Assembly: GCA_963750925.1 (NCBI GenBank)
Contig: CAVVSJ010000004.1
Location: forward strand, 893,946 to 957,945
Direction of reading: 5' to 3'
Length of the DNA: 64,000 nucleotides
Source of the DNA: an uncultured Acidobacteriota bacterium
GTDB lineage: Bacteria; Acidobacteriota; Blastocatellia; Pyrinomonadales; Pyrinomonadaceae
Positions 45,431 through 54,752 of this stretch are shown piece by piece. Made by a program: the position numbers and the translations under genes. How positions within the stretch are numbered: the stretch's first letter is position 1; each line of letters starts with the position of its first letter. Below the pieces are notes generated by a model. It was not told the origin of the DNA and did not search any database. It saw only the letters and a program-made list of their open reading frames with translations.

Positions 45431-46570
45431 ATGCATCAAGTTTCCTCTCGCCGACGGATCCAATCTCTGCTGATTTTATTCGCCGCGCTTTTACTCGCTC
45501 CTACAGTTGCGGCGCAAAAGATCTGCTTTACGGCTGCCGAGCGAGCCCGCGCAGAACAGACCGCCAGAGTTTATCGAACACCCGATCCGGGCTATGACCC
45601 GGTGCTGGGCTACAACCCGAACGCCGGCCCGCGCGCGGGTGCGCTGTCCCTCGATGCAAACGGTCTGGCGAAGCCAATCAACTGCGTCGCAAACAAAGAC
45701 GAGTCACCGGGCGCCGGCACCACGCCCAAATTTCATTGCTCGATCCCGGGTGTCACTGACGGCGACGGCAACCTGATTCGTTACAAAGTGAAGCCTCACT
45801 TTAAGGGACAGGCGGCCAACAAACGCAACGGCGAGATTTATGGCGAGTTTCTTTCGTCGCGTTTTTCAAAGGCCCTCGGCTTTTTCGCCGACGATGAATG
45901 GGTCGCGGATGTGAACTGTCCTGATTGCGAAAAGAGTTTGACCAGCAGTTTTCAGGGCGCAAGTTTTTCGCCATTTCAACCCGCGGCCGGCGTGGAGCTT
46001 CCACTCGGAAGAGGCATCGACGTCAACTGCAACAACAAGGATTCGGGCTCTCTCGCGGACTCACTTCAAAAGCTGCTTCAGAACGGCGCGCCTCGTGCGG
46101 AGATCGATGCATTCAAGCTTTGGCTTGCGTTTATCGATCACGGCGACACGAAGACCGACAATCATAAGTTTGCCTGCCTCAAGTCGAGCAAGAGCGGCGA
46201 TAACAGGATCTGCGAGCCCGGCGAAGCAGTCTTCTACGTTGGCGACATGGGTTCAACATTCGGCTACTCCAGATCGAGTGAAAACAAAGCACGGCTTGAA
46301 GCCTGGAGCAAGAGAGATCCGATCGAAGTAAGCGGCGGAAGTTGTAAGACGACCGCGAAGAGCGTCGGCGAAGCAAACATCAGCGAGGCCGGTCGACAGT
46401 TGCTCGCCGATGGACTGCAACGGCTGCTCGACGCCGAGAAACGAGACAAGACAATCACTCGAGTGTTCCAGGTTTCGCGAAATGCGGAGCGCGATCGTCC
46501 ACCCGCGGAGTGGGCGGCGGAATTCGAGCGTAAGGCGCGGATGATTATCGACGCGCGTTGTTCAAAGTAG
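45431..46570 (+). CDS. secreted hypothetical protein with protein-kinase-like catalytic-loop and DxG motifs
   Basis: Signal peptide MHQVSSRRRIQSLLILFAALLLAPTVAAQ. IDHGDTKTDNH (~46132-46164) fits H-x-D-x-K-x-x-N. VGDMGSTFG (~46238-46264) fits a DFG-like motif. RYKVKP is a candidate beta-3 Lys. I recognise no named family. Confidence 0.5.
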   Translation: MHQVSSRRRIQSLLILFAALLLAPTVAAQKICFTAAERARAEQTARVYRTPDPGYDPVLGYNPNAGPRAGALSLDANGLAKPINCVANKDESPGAGTTPKFHCSIPGVTDGDGNLIRYKVKPHFKGQAANKRNGEIYGEFLSSRFSKALGFFADDEWVADVNCPDCEKSLTSSFQGASFSPFQPAAGVELPLGRGIDVNCNNKDSGSLADSLQKLLQNGAPRAEIDAFKLWLAFIDHGDTKTDNHKFACLKSSKSGDNRICEPGEAVFYVGDMGSTFGYSRSSENKARLEAWSKRDPIEVSGGSCKTTAKSVGEANISEAGRQLLADGLQRLLDAEKRDKTITRVFQVSRNAERDRPPAEWAAEFERKARMIIDARCSK

Positions 46571-46600
46571 CTGATCGTCAATATCCAGGGGTAGTTATAA

Positions 46601-48760
46601 ATGCCATCAGATTTCGCACATGAAATGAAGTCGAAGCCGAAGCGTTTTTTCGCCTGGTCCGTGCTCAACCGCGACCTGTGCCAGTTGGAATTCTTCCGGC
46701 GAGTTCTGGAAGAAGCCACTGACAAATCCACGCCGGCGCTCGAGAAGCTAAAATTTCTCGCGGTGTTTTCCTCCAACCTCGACGAGTTCTTCATGGTCCG
46801 TGTTTCCGGTCTCAAGGAGATGTTGGGTATCGACGACATTGGACCAATGCCGGGCGAGTTGACTCCGACAGAACAGCTTCGAGTAATTCGCGAACGAGTG
46901 GTTCCCCTTGTTGAAGAGCACACACGTTGTCTTCGTGATGAAGTGATTCCGGAGCTGCGTGCCGAGGGCGTGGTAATCGCGCAGTATAAATCACTCTCGG
47001 AAGAGGAGAAGGGTGGTCTTGCACAGTATTTTCTGAAGAATATTTTTCTGGTGCTCACGCCGCAGGCTGTCGATCCGGCACGTCCGTTTCCTTACATTTC
47101 AAACCTCAGCCTGAATATCGGTCTGACGGTGGAAAGCAATCCGGAGGACACTCTCGCCGGATCGCCGCTCGGAAATGAAGCGAGATTTGTACGAATCAAA
47201 GTGCCGCCCGTGGTGCCGCGCTTGATACCCGTGCGTGAAGGCGAGATGAAGTTTGCACTCGTCGAAGAGGTGATCGAGGCAAACATCCACTCGCTCTTTC
47301 CGAGTATGAACCTGAGCAAGGGACATCTCTTCCGCGTCACGCGCGACGCGGACGTGGAGATTCGCGACGATAAAGCGGCGGACCTGTTGGCGCTGATAAA
47401 AGAGTCGCTGCGCGAACGTCGTTTTGGTTTGCCTGTGCGGCTCGAAGTGTCGTCGTCGATGCCCGCTGAGATGGTCGATTACCTGACCAGCTCGCTTCAT
47501 ATCGACGCTGATGACGTTTACCAGGTCGACGGTTTGTTGGACGTCCCCGACCTGATGGAAATCTACGGGCTGAACCAGCCGGATCTGAAGGATAAACCGC
47601 TGAAGACAGTTGTACCGGCGGCGTTGCGTAACAAGGAGTCGCTTTTCGAAGCCATCAAGAAGCAGGACGTACTGCTTCATCACCCGTACACGAGTTTTGG
47701 AACGATCGTCGACTTCATTCAGGCGGCTGCACAGGATCCGCAGGTTGTCGCGATCAAGATGTGCCTATATCGAACCGGGAAAAGGTCTCCGATTCCGCAG
47801 GCGCTTATCGAAGCGAGTGAACGTGGAAAACAGGTGACGGCCGTAGTCGAGATCAAAGCGAGGTTTGACGAGGAGCACAACATCGAGTGGGCCAAACGAC
47901 TCGGCGAGTCAGGCGTACACGTGGTTTATGGTGTGGTGGGCCTGAAGACGCACAGCAAAGTAGCACTCGTCGTGAGACGTGAAAACGAAGGTCTTCAGAC
48001 TTTTACACACATCGCGACCGGAAACTACAACCCGACTACGTCGAGGCTCTACACCGATCTCGGCCTGCTCACGAACGATTCGATGATCGGCGATGATGCT
48101 ACTGACCTGTTCAACTTCCTCACCGGCTTTTCCATCCAAAAAGAGTTTACGAGGCTCCTCGTCGCGCCGCTGAATTTGCGCAAACGAATGATGGCCATGA
48201 TCAAGCGCGAGACAGCGCATGCGCTGGAAGGCCGTCCCGCGCACATCATGGCGAAAGTCAATCGCCTCACGGATCTCAACATCATCGAACTGCTTTACGA
48301 AGCGTCGCAAGCCGGAGTCAAAATCGATCTAATCGTAAGAGGAGCATGTATGATTCGGCCCGGCGAGCCGGGACTTTCGCAGACGATTCACGTGCGCAGC
48401 ATTGTCGGAAGGTTTCTCGAGCACAGTCGCATCTTTTACTTCGCGAATGGCGGCGACGAAGAAGTTTACATTGGTTCCGCCGACTGGATGACGCGCAATC
48501 TCGATCGTCGCGTTGAAGTGGTGACGCCCGTATTTGATCCGCAAGCGAAGACGTATTTGAAAGACACGGTGCTGGGTGCGTACCTGCGCGATAACGTGAA
48601 AGCGAGAGTGATGTTGTCTGACGGATCGTATGTGATGCCGCCGACGGAGCCTGGCGAAGAGCCGTTCAACAGCCAGTTGTTTTTCGAAGGTCCAAACAGT
48701 TCGCCGCCGGTTGGAACCGTTCACTCGCTAAAGCGAAATCGTTTGTGGGCCAAGCAATAA
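46601..48760 (+). CDS. ppk: polyphosphate kinase 1
   Basis: 719 aa. LNRDLCQLEFFRRVLEEA, SSNLDEFFMVRVSGL, LKTHSKVALVVRRE, RFLEHSRIFYF, RNLDRRVEV. This is a characteristic PPK1 layout. Confidence 0.95.
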   Translation: MPSDFAHEMKSKPKRFFAWSVLNRDLCQLEFFRRVLEEATDKSTPALEKLKFLAVFSSNLDEFFMVRVSGLKEMLGIDDIGPMPGELTPTEQLRVIRERVVPLVEEHTRCLRDEVIPELRAEGVVIAQYKSLSEEEKGGLAQYFLKNIFLVLTPQAVDPARPFPYISNLSLNIGLTVESNPEDTLAGSPLGNEARFVRIKVPPVVPRLIPVREGEMKFALVEEVIEANIHSLFPSMNLSKGHLFRVTRDADVEIRDDKAADLLALIKESLRERRFGLPVRLEVSSSMPAEMVDYLTSSLHIDADDVYQVDGLLDVPDLMEIYGLNQPDLKDKPLKTVVPAALRNKESLFEAIKKQDVLLHHPYTSFGTIVDFIQAAAQDPQVVAIKMCLYRTGKRSPIPQALIEASERGKQVTAVVEIKARFDEEHNIEWAKRLGESGVHVVYGVVGLKTHSKVALVVRRENEGLQTFTHIATGNYNPTTSRLYTDLGLLTNDSMIGDDATDLFNFLTGFSIQKEFTRLLVAPLNLRKRMMAMIKRETAHALEGRPAHIMAKVNRLTDLNIIELLYEASQAGVKIDLIVRGACMIRPGEPGLSQTIHVRSIVGRFLEHSRIFYFANGGDEEVYIGSADWMTRNLDRRVEVVTPVFDPQAKTYLKDTVLGAYLRDNVKARVMLSDGSYVMPPTEPGEEPFNSQLFFEGPNSSPPVGTVHSLKRNRLWAKQ

Positions 48761-48807
48761 TTCACGCCGGCGAAGGCACAAGTGAATCACGGAAAGGACA
48801 ATGAGAT

Positions 48808-49701
48808 ATGAACCGTATGACTCTTGCGGTGTTGGGGACGTTTGTCGCCTTGCTGCTGGGCAGCGGCATACTTGCTTACGTTCTGCGCGATCGTCCGGGC
48901 ACTACGACAACCAGTACCGCGGCGCCGGCGGCTTCGCCAAACGCGACCACCACTACACCGAGTGAAATCCCTTTGCTGGGAGAAGTCTTTGGGCCGGACG
49001 AGCCTGGTACTGGTTCAACGCCGACTACTTTCGCGAGTTGGGAAACAACGTCCGCCCGGATCGCATTGAGATTTTCACTCGCCGCATTTCTCGCGGCCCT
49101 GCTGGCCTTTCGCCCGCGGCGTGACTTGTCAGTGTTTCGGCGTAATCCATACGTGGCCCAGACGCAGATTCTGATGGCGGTGGTAGCGGGCGCGATGATG
49201 ATGGTGGTTGGGGACAGCGCGGCGCGTGCTTTCGGTATTTTTGCGGCCGCCTCGCTCGTACGTTTCCGCACGAACATACGCGATCCGAAAGAGATTACGG
49301 TCCTGTTGGTTTGTCTCGGAGTCGGTCTGGCGGCGGGAGTGGGCCGCTGGGATATGGCTGTGATCCTGACGGTGTTTGTGCTAATCGCGTTAACGATTCT
49401 CGAATACTTCGAACAGTTTCAGGTATTCCGTTCGATGGAAATCAGTGTAACGACGCGTAACGTAGACGAAACCAACGAGGTGCTGAAACGAATGTTTGCA
49501 CGTCACCGTTTCGATTCGGAGTTGCGTGAGCTCAACCGGCAGGACGAAGAGGAGCCGCTAGGCAAGATCGTCTATCTCGTACATCTTGACCCGACGATTA
49601 GTACGGGCAGGTTGAGTGACGAGATACTTTCGGTGGATGGTGAGAATGTTGATGGTGTGGAGTGGAATCAGAAGGAGAGTAAGACGTATATTTATAAGTA
49701 A
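48808..49701 (+). CDS. DUF4956-like membrane protein
   Basis: 297 aa. An N-terminal TM and a Thr/Pro-rich linker are followed by a membrane core with ASLVRFRTNIRDPKEITVLLVCLGVGLAAGVG. I associate that core with DUF4956 (from memory). Confidence 0.55.
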   Translation: MNRMTLAVLGTFVALLLGSGILAYVLRDRPGTTTTSTAAPAASPNATTTTPSEIPLLGEVFGPDEPGTGSTPTTFASWETTSARIALRFSLAAFLAALLAFRPRRDLSVFRRNPYVAQTQILMAVVAGAMMMVVGDSAARAFGIFAAASLVRFRTNIRDPKEITVLLVCLGVGLAAGVGRWDMAVILTVFVLIALTILEYFEQFQVFRSMEISVTTRNVDETNEVLKRMFARHRFDSELRELNRQDEEEPLGKIVYLVHLDPTISTGRLSDEILSVDGENVDGVEWNQKESKTYIYK

Positions 49702-49726
49702 GCGAAGTAAAAAGATTATTCTCCGA

Positions 49727-49810
49727 TTTGGAGTGCGGCGGCTTGACGCCGCTTTGTTCTTGAGTGTGCGTGTTCGAGACTAAAGCGGCGTCAAGCCGCC
49801 GCACTCCAAA
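49727..49810. repeat. GGAGTGCGG-type palindrome (family 2), copy 2
   Basis: tttggagtgcggcggcttgacgccgcttt (49727-49755) is the exact reverse complement of aaagcggcgtcaagccgccgcactccaaa (49782-49810), a 29/29 match. Each arm also contains gcggc...gccgc. Confidence 0.85.
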
Positions 49811-49811
49811 A

Positions 49812-49851
49812 TGGAAAATAAAACGGGCGCCTCCGGAAGAGACGCCCGTTG
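49812..49851 (-). terminator. Rho-independent terminator of the phosphatase gene (minus strand)
   Basis: On the minus strand: aacgggcg-tctcttccggagg-cgcccgtt followed by ttattttcc. It starts 15 nt after the stop at 49866-49868. Confidence 0.7.
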
Positions 49852-49865
49852 CCGTTAGAGTTAAA

Positions 49866-50459
49866 CTATTTTTCCGTTGCTGCTTTACTCTGCTGCTGCT
49901 GCATCTGCTCGTAGTAGTCCTTCACGAAGTCTTTGAACGCGCCGTGTCCCCAGCTCGTGTAAAAGTCAAACTGCTTCATCTCCTTGTACACCTGATCGAA
50001 GTTCCAGTTATAAAACTGGTAACGATAGACGGCGCCCATCGCGCCGGTGCGATGACGTCCGCCCGCGCAGTGGACAAAAAATTTGCCGGTCGCGGGATCG
50101 TTGACGGTCTTGAGAAACATCGCCGTCGCTTCGGGTGTTGGATACTTCTTGGCGATCATGGGAATGTTGACGTAAGTCATGCCCAGTGATTCAGCCATGG
50201 CCTTTGAGTAGGATTCCGTTTCTTCTCGCAGGTCGATGATGGTGCGAATTCCGAGTTGGGCCAGGGCTTTGTAATCCTTTTCCTTTGGCTGGGCGCCACG
50301 ATAGAAACGCTCATCCATCTGTCCAAAATTCTTGATCTTGACCGGTGCTTCGTTGGAGCTGTGATTGTTTTGTGCTGCAGAGACTGTGGCGAGCGAAAGA
50401 ACAGCGATCAGCGCCAGCAAAACCTGGTGGCGGCGCTTCTGATTTCCGGGATTTCCCAT
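49866..50459 (-). CDS. secreted protein-tyrosine/dual-specificity phosphatase-like protein (CX5R)
   Basis: P-loop HCAGGRHRTGAMG. Signal peptide MGNPGNQKRRHQVLLALIAVLSLATVSAAQ begins at ATG 50459. The ORF track extends to TTG 50519, which adds a non-signal-like prefix. Confidence 0.75.
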   Translation of the reverse strand: MGNPGNQKRRHQVLLALIAVLSLATVSAAQNNHSSNEAPVKIKNFGQMDERFYRGAQPKEKDYKALAQLGIRTIIDLREETESYSKAMAESLGMTYVNIPMIAKKYPTPEATAMFLKTVNDPATGKFFVHCAGGRHRTGAMGAVYRYQFYNWNFDQVYKEMKQFDFYTSWGHGAFKDFVKDYYEQMQQQQSKAATEK

Positions 50460-50520
50460 TCGTATTCCTTTTCCTTGTAGAGTTTGGTGAAAGGAAAGAT
50501 ACCATTCCCGGATTATCAAC

Positions 50521-50724
50521 TCAAGAATTCTGTTCAGGATTTAGTTCTTTGCGGCGACGGGTCTCCTGTAAAGACGTTAGGCGATCGTTCAGCTTACCCG
50601 TCGAAAACAGGCGCGTCGCCGCCTCGTCATTGCACGCGTGGTGAACGAGGGGCGCGCCGTCGTATCGACAGAATCTGAGATTCTCGTCGGAATACAACAA
50701 CCTGCATTTGGGACAACGTTTCAT
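50521..50724 (-). CDS. small zinc-ribbon protein, hypothetical
   Basis: 67 aa. MKRCPKCRLLYSDENLRFCRYDGAPL has the CxxC...C pattern. It abuts the phosphatase gene. Confidence 0.4.
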   Translation of the reverse strand: MKRCPKCRLLYSDENLRFCRYDGAPLVHHACNDEAATRLFSTGKLNDRLTSLQETRRRKELNPEQNS

Positions 50725-50823
50725 AACAGCACCTGATCCTTTTCCGTCTGCTAAGAAACGCGGAAAACGAGGGGTGGGAATCCTGAAATTTTGTGAAAAG
50801 TTATGAAAGTTATCGTGTGCCGC

Positions 50824-51069
50824 AGTGGGGTAATAGTGTGTTTCTGAGGAATTAAGTCGCGGGGGATCAGATGAATCTTGGTCCCGGAGGGACCAAATGT
50901 TTATAGCTCTTGGGAAGGGATTTAGCGCGCTCCAGCGGAGCGCAATGTGGGCGCGTAAAAAACATGAGACTCCTTACGAAGCCTGCAAAGCGGAGGTTCC
51001 TGAGAGCTATAAACATTGGGCCGCGCTGCGGCCAGTCAGCAAATTAAGGCAACACACTATTACCCCACT
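50824..51069. repeat. MITE-like element, copy 2 (19-bp perfect terminal inverted repeats)
   Basis: agtggggtaatagtgtgtt (50824-50842) is the reverse complement of aacacactattaccccact (51051-51069). The interior has ggtccc-gga-gggacc + aaATGTTTATAGctct, gcgctcc-agc-ggagcgc, and agagCTATAAACATt + gggccgc-gct-gcggcc. It lies 90 nt upstream of tRNA-Lys. Confidence 0.7.
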
Positions 51070-51158
51070 ACGGGGTGTGCGGGCTGGTTTGAGGTTAAAA
51101 AATCCTATGGTATATTTCTCACCGCATTCACAGACGACGTTGTTTTGTTTGCTTGAAT

Positions 51159-51234
<76 letters not shown>

Positions 51235-51251
51235 TTATTTTCGATGAATTG

Positions 51252-51282
51252 CGGCAGGTTGAAGGACCTGCCGTTTTCGTTT
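51252..51282 (+). terminator. Rho-independent terminator after tRNA-Lys
   Basis: cggcaggt-tgaagg-acctgccg followed by ttttcgttt. Confidence 0.7.
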
Positions 51283-51518
51283 GCGCCTGCCATTCGTTTC
51301 GCTGCACCCGCCGAGCATCACAGAATCTCAATGAACTGACGCAGTATTGTAATAGTAAGTATTCGGAAGCTCTGTTAATCTACAGTCTCCCTTTCTGTGA
51401 ATTACAACAAGTTTCCTCGCTAGTGGGTAATGGTTCGGTGTACTTGAACGATGGTCGTGGGCCCCATGAACTTTGTAACAGGTAATCTGCATACACATTC
51501 ATTAAAAGGAACACTGGC

Positions 51519-52535
51519 ATGACTCCACAAACTCTGACTCGGCTAATCATCGCAACCGCGGCTGTATCTTTGCTGGCATTGCTGCTTTTTAGTGGGATAG
51601 CACCTGCTGCGAAGGCACAAAAACGACCGAAGGCAGATACATCGGCCCCCACGACGCCAACCAACCTCGTCGTAACTGCAATCACGGAAAATACAGTTTC
51701 GCTGCGGTGGAATGCTTCCACGGATAACTCAGGTAAGTTTTCTTACCGAGTCAAAATCACCTGGTGGAATAGCCCCTCTAACGTGCTGGCGTCGGTGAGT
51801 CAGACGCAAACCGCTTACACGGTTCAGTACCTGGCGCCATTCGGCAAGTACACCTTTGCCCTCTATGCCATCGATGAAAGCGGCAATCGCTCGGGCGACA
51901 GCAATCTTGTTACCGCCGACACCCCAGGGGATACCATTCCGCCGAGTGCTCCGGTTCTGCAGGCCACCGCGCTTGGACCGTCTCGGGTGCAGTTAACCTG
52001 GACCAACGCGATCGACAACGTCCCGAATTATTGCTGCTCGTACGCTCTTAGCATGAACGGCAGTCCACTAACGCAACACATCAACTCGGCTGCCGCGCCG
52101 AGTGGTCACCAGTCAGTTATCATTCGTCACTTACCGCCCGGCACCGTCAATACATTCAAGGTCACTGCCTTTGACTACACCGGAAGAAACTCATCGACCA
52201 GCAACGGTGCGAGCGCCGAGACATGGCCCAGCACTGACACCACACCGCCAAGTGTTCCTACTAACCTGCGCGCGTTCAATGTCGATACTGGCGGCGGCGA
52301 ACTGTGGTTGGGATGGACACAATCAGTTGATGAAACTGACGCACAAAATAATATCGAGTATGAGCTATATGTAAACGGAGTGTTGAGTCCACTTCCGGTT
52401 TCGGCTGGAATCGACTTTGACTTCGTCTACGCTATGCCGGGATGCGAGAATACCTTTACCATCAAAGCAGTTGATCAGTCAGGCAATTCGTCGGCAGCCA
52501 GCGCTCCAATCAAAGTAAGTTTCTGGATGTGTTAG
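51519..52535 (+). CDS. secreted protein with three fibronectin type III-like domains
   Basis: A signal/TM N-terminus is followed by three repeats. Each opens with D-T-x-(A/P)-P-(T/S)-x-P and contains L-x-W...Y: PTNLVVTAITENTVSLRWNAS, PVLQATALGPSRVQLTWTNA, PTNLRAFNVDTGGGELWLGWTQS. Confidence 0.75.
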   Translation: MTPQTLTRLIIATAAVSLLALLLFSGIAPAAKAQKRPKADTSAPTTPTNLVVTAITENTVSLRWNASTDNSGKFSYRVKITWWNSPSNVLASVSQTQTAYTVQYLAPFGKYTFALYAIDESGNRSGDSNLVTADTPGDTIPPSAPVLQATALGPSRVQLTWTNAIDNVPNYCCSYALSMNGSPLTQHINSAAAPSGHQSVIIRHLPPGTVNTFKVTAFDYTGRNSSTSNGASAETWPSTDTTPPSVPTNLRAFNVDTGGGELWLGWTQSVDETDAQNNIEYELYVNGVLSPLPVSAGIDFDFVYAMPGCENTFTIKAVDQSGNSSAASAPIKVSFWMC

Positions 52536-52740
52536 ATCCGGGTCACGGTTAATTGATAAGGCGTGGCCGGTAGATTCCCGAGCTACGGGGATCTGCCGGC
52601 ACGCCCGGCCACTTGTATGATGCCAAGCACACGACGCTCGCAGATCCTCACCGTGCGGTTGCAGCTCGTGATCAAAAATCAATAATTCAAACAGGTTATC
52701 TTCAGTAAGTGGTAAGCTTCGCGCAGTTGGTCCAACTCGC

Positions 52741-52766
52741 TTTGTGACCTTTTGTGCTTTAGTGGC
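52741..52766. repeat. solo half copy (right-arm type) of the CACAAAAG element family
   Basis: tttgtgaccttttgtgctttagtggc. Compare 157-186. It lies 76 nt upstream of the ATG at 52843. Confidence 0.6.
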
Positions 52767-52842
52767 TATCTCTTGCGGCCGTTCTGTGCGGACCTCGTCA
52801 TTGGGATGTATCATCTCCACGCCGGCGGTAAAGAATCAGATC

Positions 52843-54507
52843 ATGAGCAAAGTAATTCTCAAAACTTTCCTGTTTACCCTCGCGGTCGGGTTTTTGAGTG
52901 TCAGTCACGCTCAGCAATCCACGGCTGCCTTGACTGGCGAGTGGGTGGGTAACAGCGAGCCGCCCGGCAGGTCCGAGTTTTTGCGTCTGAGTCTTACTAA
53001 AAATGCAGGCGAGATGCAGAGACCGCTTAAAGCAAAATTGACATTGGTCCAACTCGAAGGTTCTCGCGTCCGCCTGGAGTTGAGCTCGCTTAAACTCGTC
53101 ATGACCGGAACTCTCTCCGGCGATGTAATCGAAGGAGAGGCCGAGGTGCCGGGAACCAAAGCTCGCTTTCATCTGGTGCGCACCGTGAAGGTCGCGCCGG
53201 AAATTTTGGCGCGCTATGTCGGCGCGTATCGCTTTCGCAACGGCGACTACATAGTGATCGATAGCTTTCCCGATACTCCTGACACCCTGTGGGTGACCGA
53301 CGTGAAATCCGGCGAAGCCCGCGCGGTCTTCCCACGATCGGAGACTCAATTCACAGGTGGACCAGCCCTGCGTGTAGTGTCTCCAACGCGGCAAACACTT
53401 ACATTTCGCAACAATGGAAGTGCTGAGGGAGTTCACGTAGTCGATTTGGACCATAAGGGTCGCCCCTCTTATAGCCCCTCCTATAGAACGCTCGGAGCAT
53501 TCGCCGTGCGAGTTCCCATTCGCCAGGAAGAAGTCACTTTCAAAAACGGTGATGTCACGCTCGCGGGCACGCTGGTGCTCCCCGCTGCGCCCACTGCATC
53601 GAAAGCAAAGCGCCCCGCTCTCGTGTTTGTTCATGGCAGTGGCGCGCAATCGCGCGAAATGTATTGGGGCCTCGGATACCTCTACGCCGCACGCGGGTTT
53701 GCCGTGCTCGCTTATGACAAGCGAGGCGTGGGCAAGTCGACGGGTAACTGGCGTGAGTCGAGCTTTCAAGACCTGGCGGATGACGCGGTTGCGGGAGCCA
53801 AATTTCTACAGGCACGAAACGAAATTGCAGCAAATCAGATCGGCTTCTGGGGTCAAAGTCAGGGCGGGTGGATTGCTCCTCTCGCCGCTTCACGTTTTCC
53901 CGAGGCCGCTTTCGCAGTCGCTTTGTCAGGCGGCGGCCTGTCACCCGCTGAGACGGAGTTGTTTGATAGCGAGTACGAATTGTTGAAAGCAGGCTATACC
54001 GCGGATGAAGTGAAGGAAGCGCTTGCGTTTCAAAAGCTGAAGGACGAGATCATTGCGTCGCCTAGTGCAAACGACAAGTGGGACGAGTACGCGAAAGCTC
54101 AAGCGATAGCCAGAGACAAAAAATGGTTTCGCCACCCGGGCATAGATATCTATGGGCCGGAGCGCCGCGACCATCCGTTCTGGACTTTCATGAGGCGTTT
54201 TTATCTCTACGATCCGGCGCCAACGTTGCGTGCTTCACGCGCTCCGCTGCTGGCGATATTCGGCGAGCTCGATTCGCCTGAGGGTGTCAAAGCGCAGGTG
54301 CGTGCGATCAAACAGATCCTGGACCAAGCGGGACGTAAGGATTACATGGTTAAGGTTTACCCGAACGGATCGCACAACCTAATGGAGGTCCCGCCAGACA
54401 ATCCGAACGAGCAGGTCCGCCTCAAACGCTTCCCACCGGGCTTCTTCGAATCGATGGTCGACTGGACGACAACGCAGGTTCGCCGGCGTGCACCAGCAAG
54501 GCGTTAG
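52843..54507 (+). CDS. secreted alpha/beta-hydrolase (S9 peptidase / dienelactone-hydrolase-like serine hydrolase)
   Basis: Signal peptide [25 protein letters not shown] at ATG 52843 (the ORF track starts at 52744). [12 protein letters not shown], nucleophile elbow GQSQGG, late YPNGSHNL (candidate His). Confidence 0.7.
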   Translation: MSKVILKTFLFTLAVGFLSVSHAQQSTAALTGEWVGNSEPPGRSEFLRLSLTKNAGEMQRPLKAKLTLVQLEGSRVRLELSSLKLVMTGTLSGDVIEGEAEVPGTKARFHLVRTVKVAPEILARYVGAYRFRNGDYIVIDSFPDTPDTLWVTDVKSGEARAVFPRSETQFTGGPALRVVSPTRQTLTFRNNGSAEGVHVVDLDHKGRPSYSPSYRTLGAFAVRVPIRQEEVTFKNGDVTLAGTLVLPAAPTASKAKRPALVFVHGSGAQSREMYWGLGYLYAARGFAVLAYDKRGVGKSTGNWRESSFQDLADDAVAGAKFLQARNEIAANQIGFWGQSQGGWIAPLAASRFPEAAFAVALSGGGLSPAETELFDSEYELLKAGYTADEVKEALAFQKLKDEIIASPSANDKWDEYAKAQAIARDKKWFRHPGIDIYGPERRDHPFWTFMRRFYLYDPAPTLRASRAPLLAIFGELDSPEGVKAQVRAIKQILDQAGRKDYMVKVYPNGSHNLMEVPPDNPNEQVRLKRFPPGFFESMVDWTTTQVRRRAPARR

Positions 54508-54752
54508 TCATGAGTAGACTCAAAGGTGTTGCGCTCCGTCGTCAGTAGTCTCATAAGCTTTGGATGGATAAATAGCTTTTCGCGGCCGACGACTTTCTCT
54601 TCCAGTACGCCAACTCTCACCAATTCTTTCAGATAACCAGAGGCTGTCTGGCGAACGGCGATTTTTCGTTCGGTCACGTTCTGAATGCGGCAGTAGGGCG
54701 ATTCGAATATCAAATCATCAGTTCGTGGCGTGCGTTTTTCGGAGGCTGCCAT
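54504..54752 (-). pseudogene. C-terminal remnant of a Fic/DOC-family protein (winged-helix tail only)
   Basis: 82 aa. [52 protein letters not shown] resembles the C-terminal wHTH of long Fic proteins. No HPFxxGNGR Fic core is encoded upstream. Confidence 0.5.
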
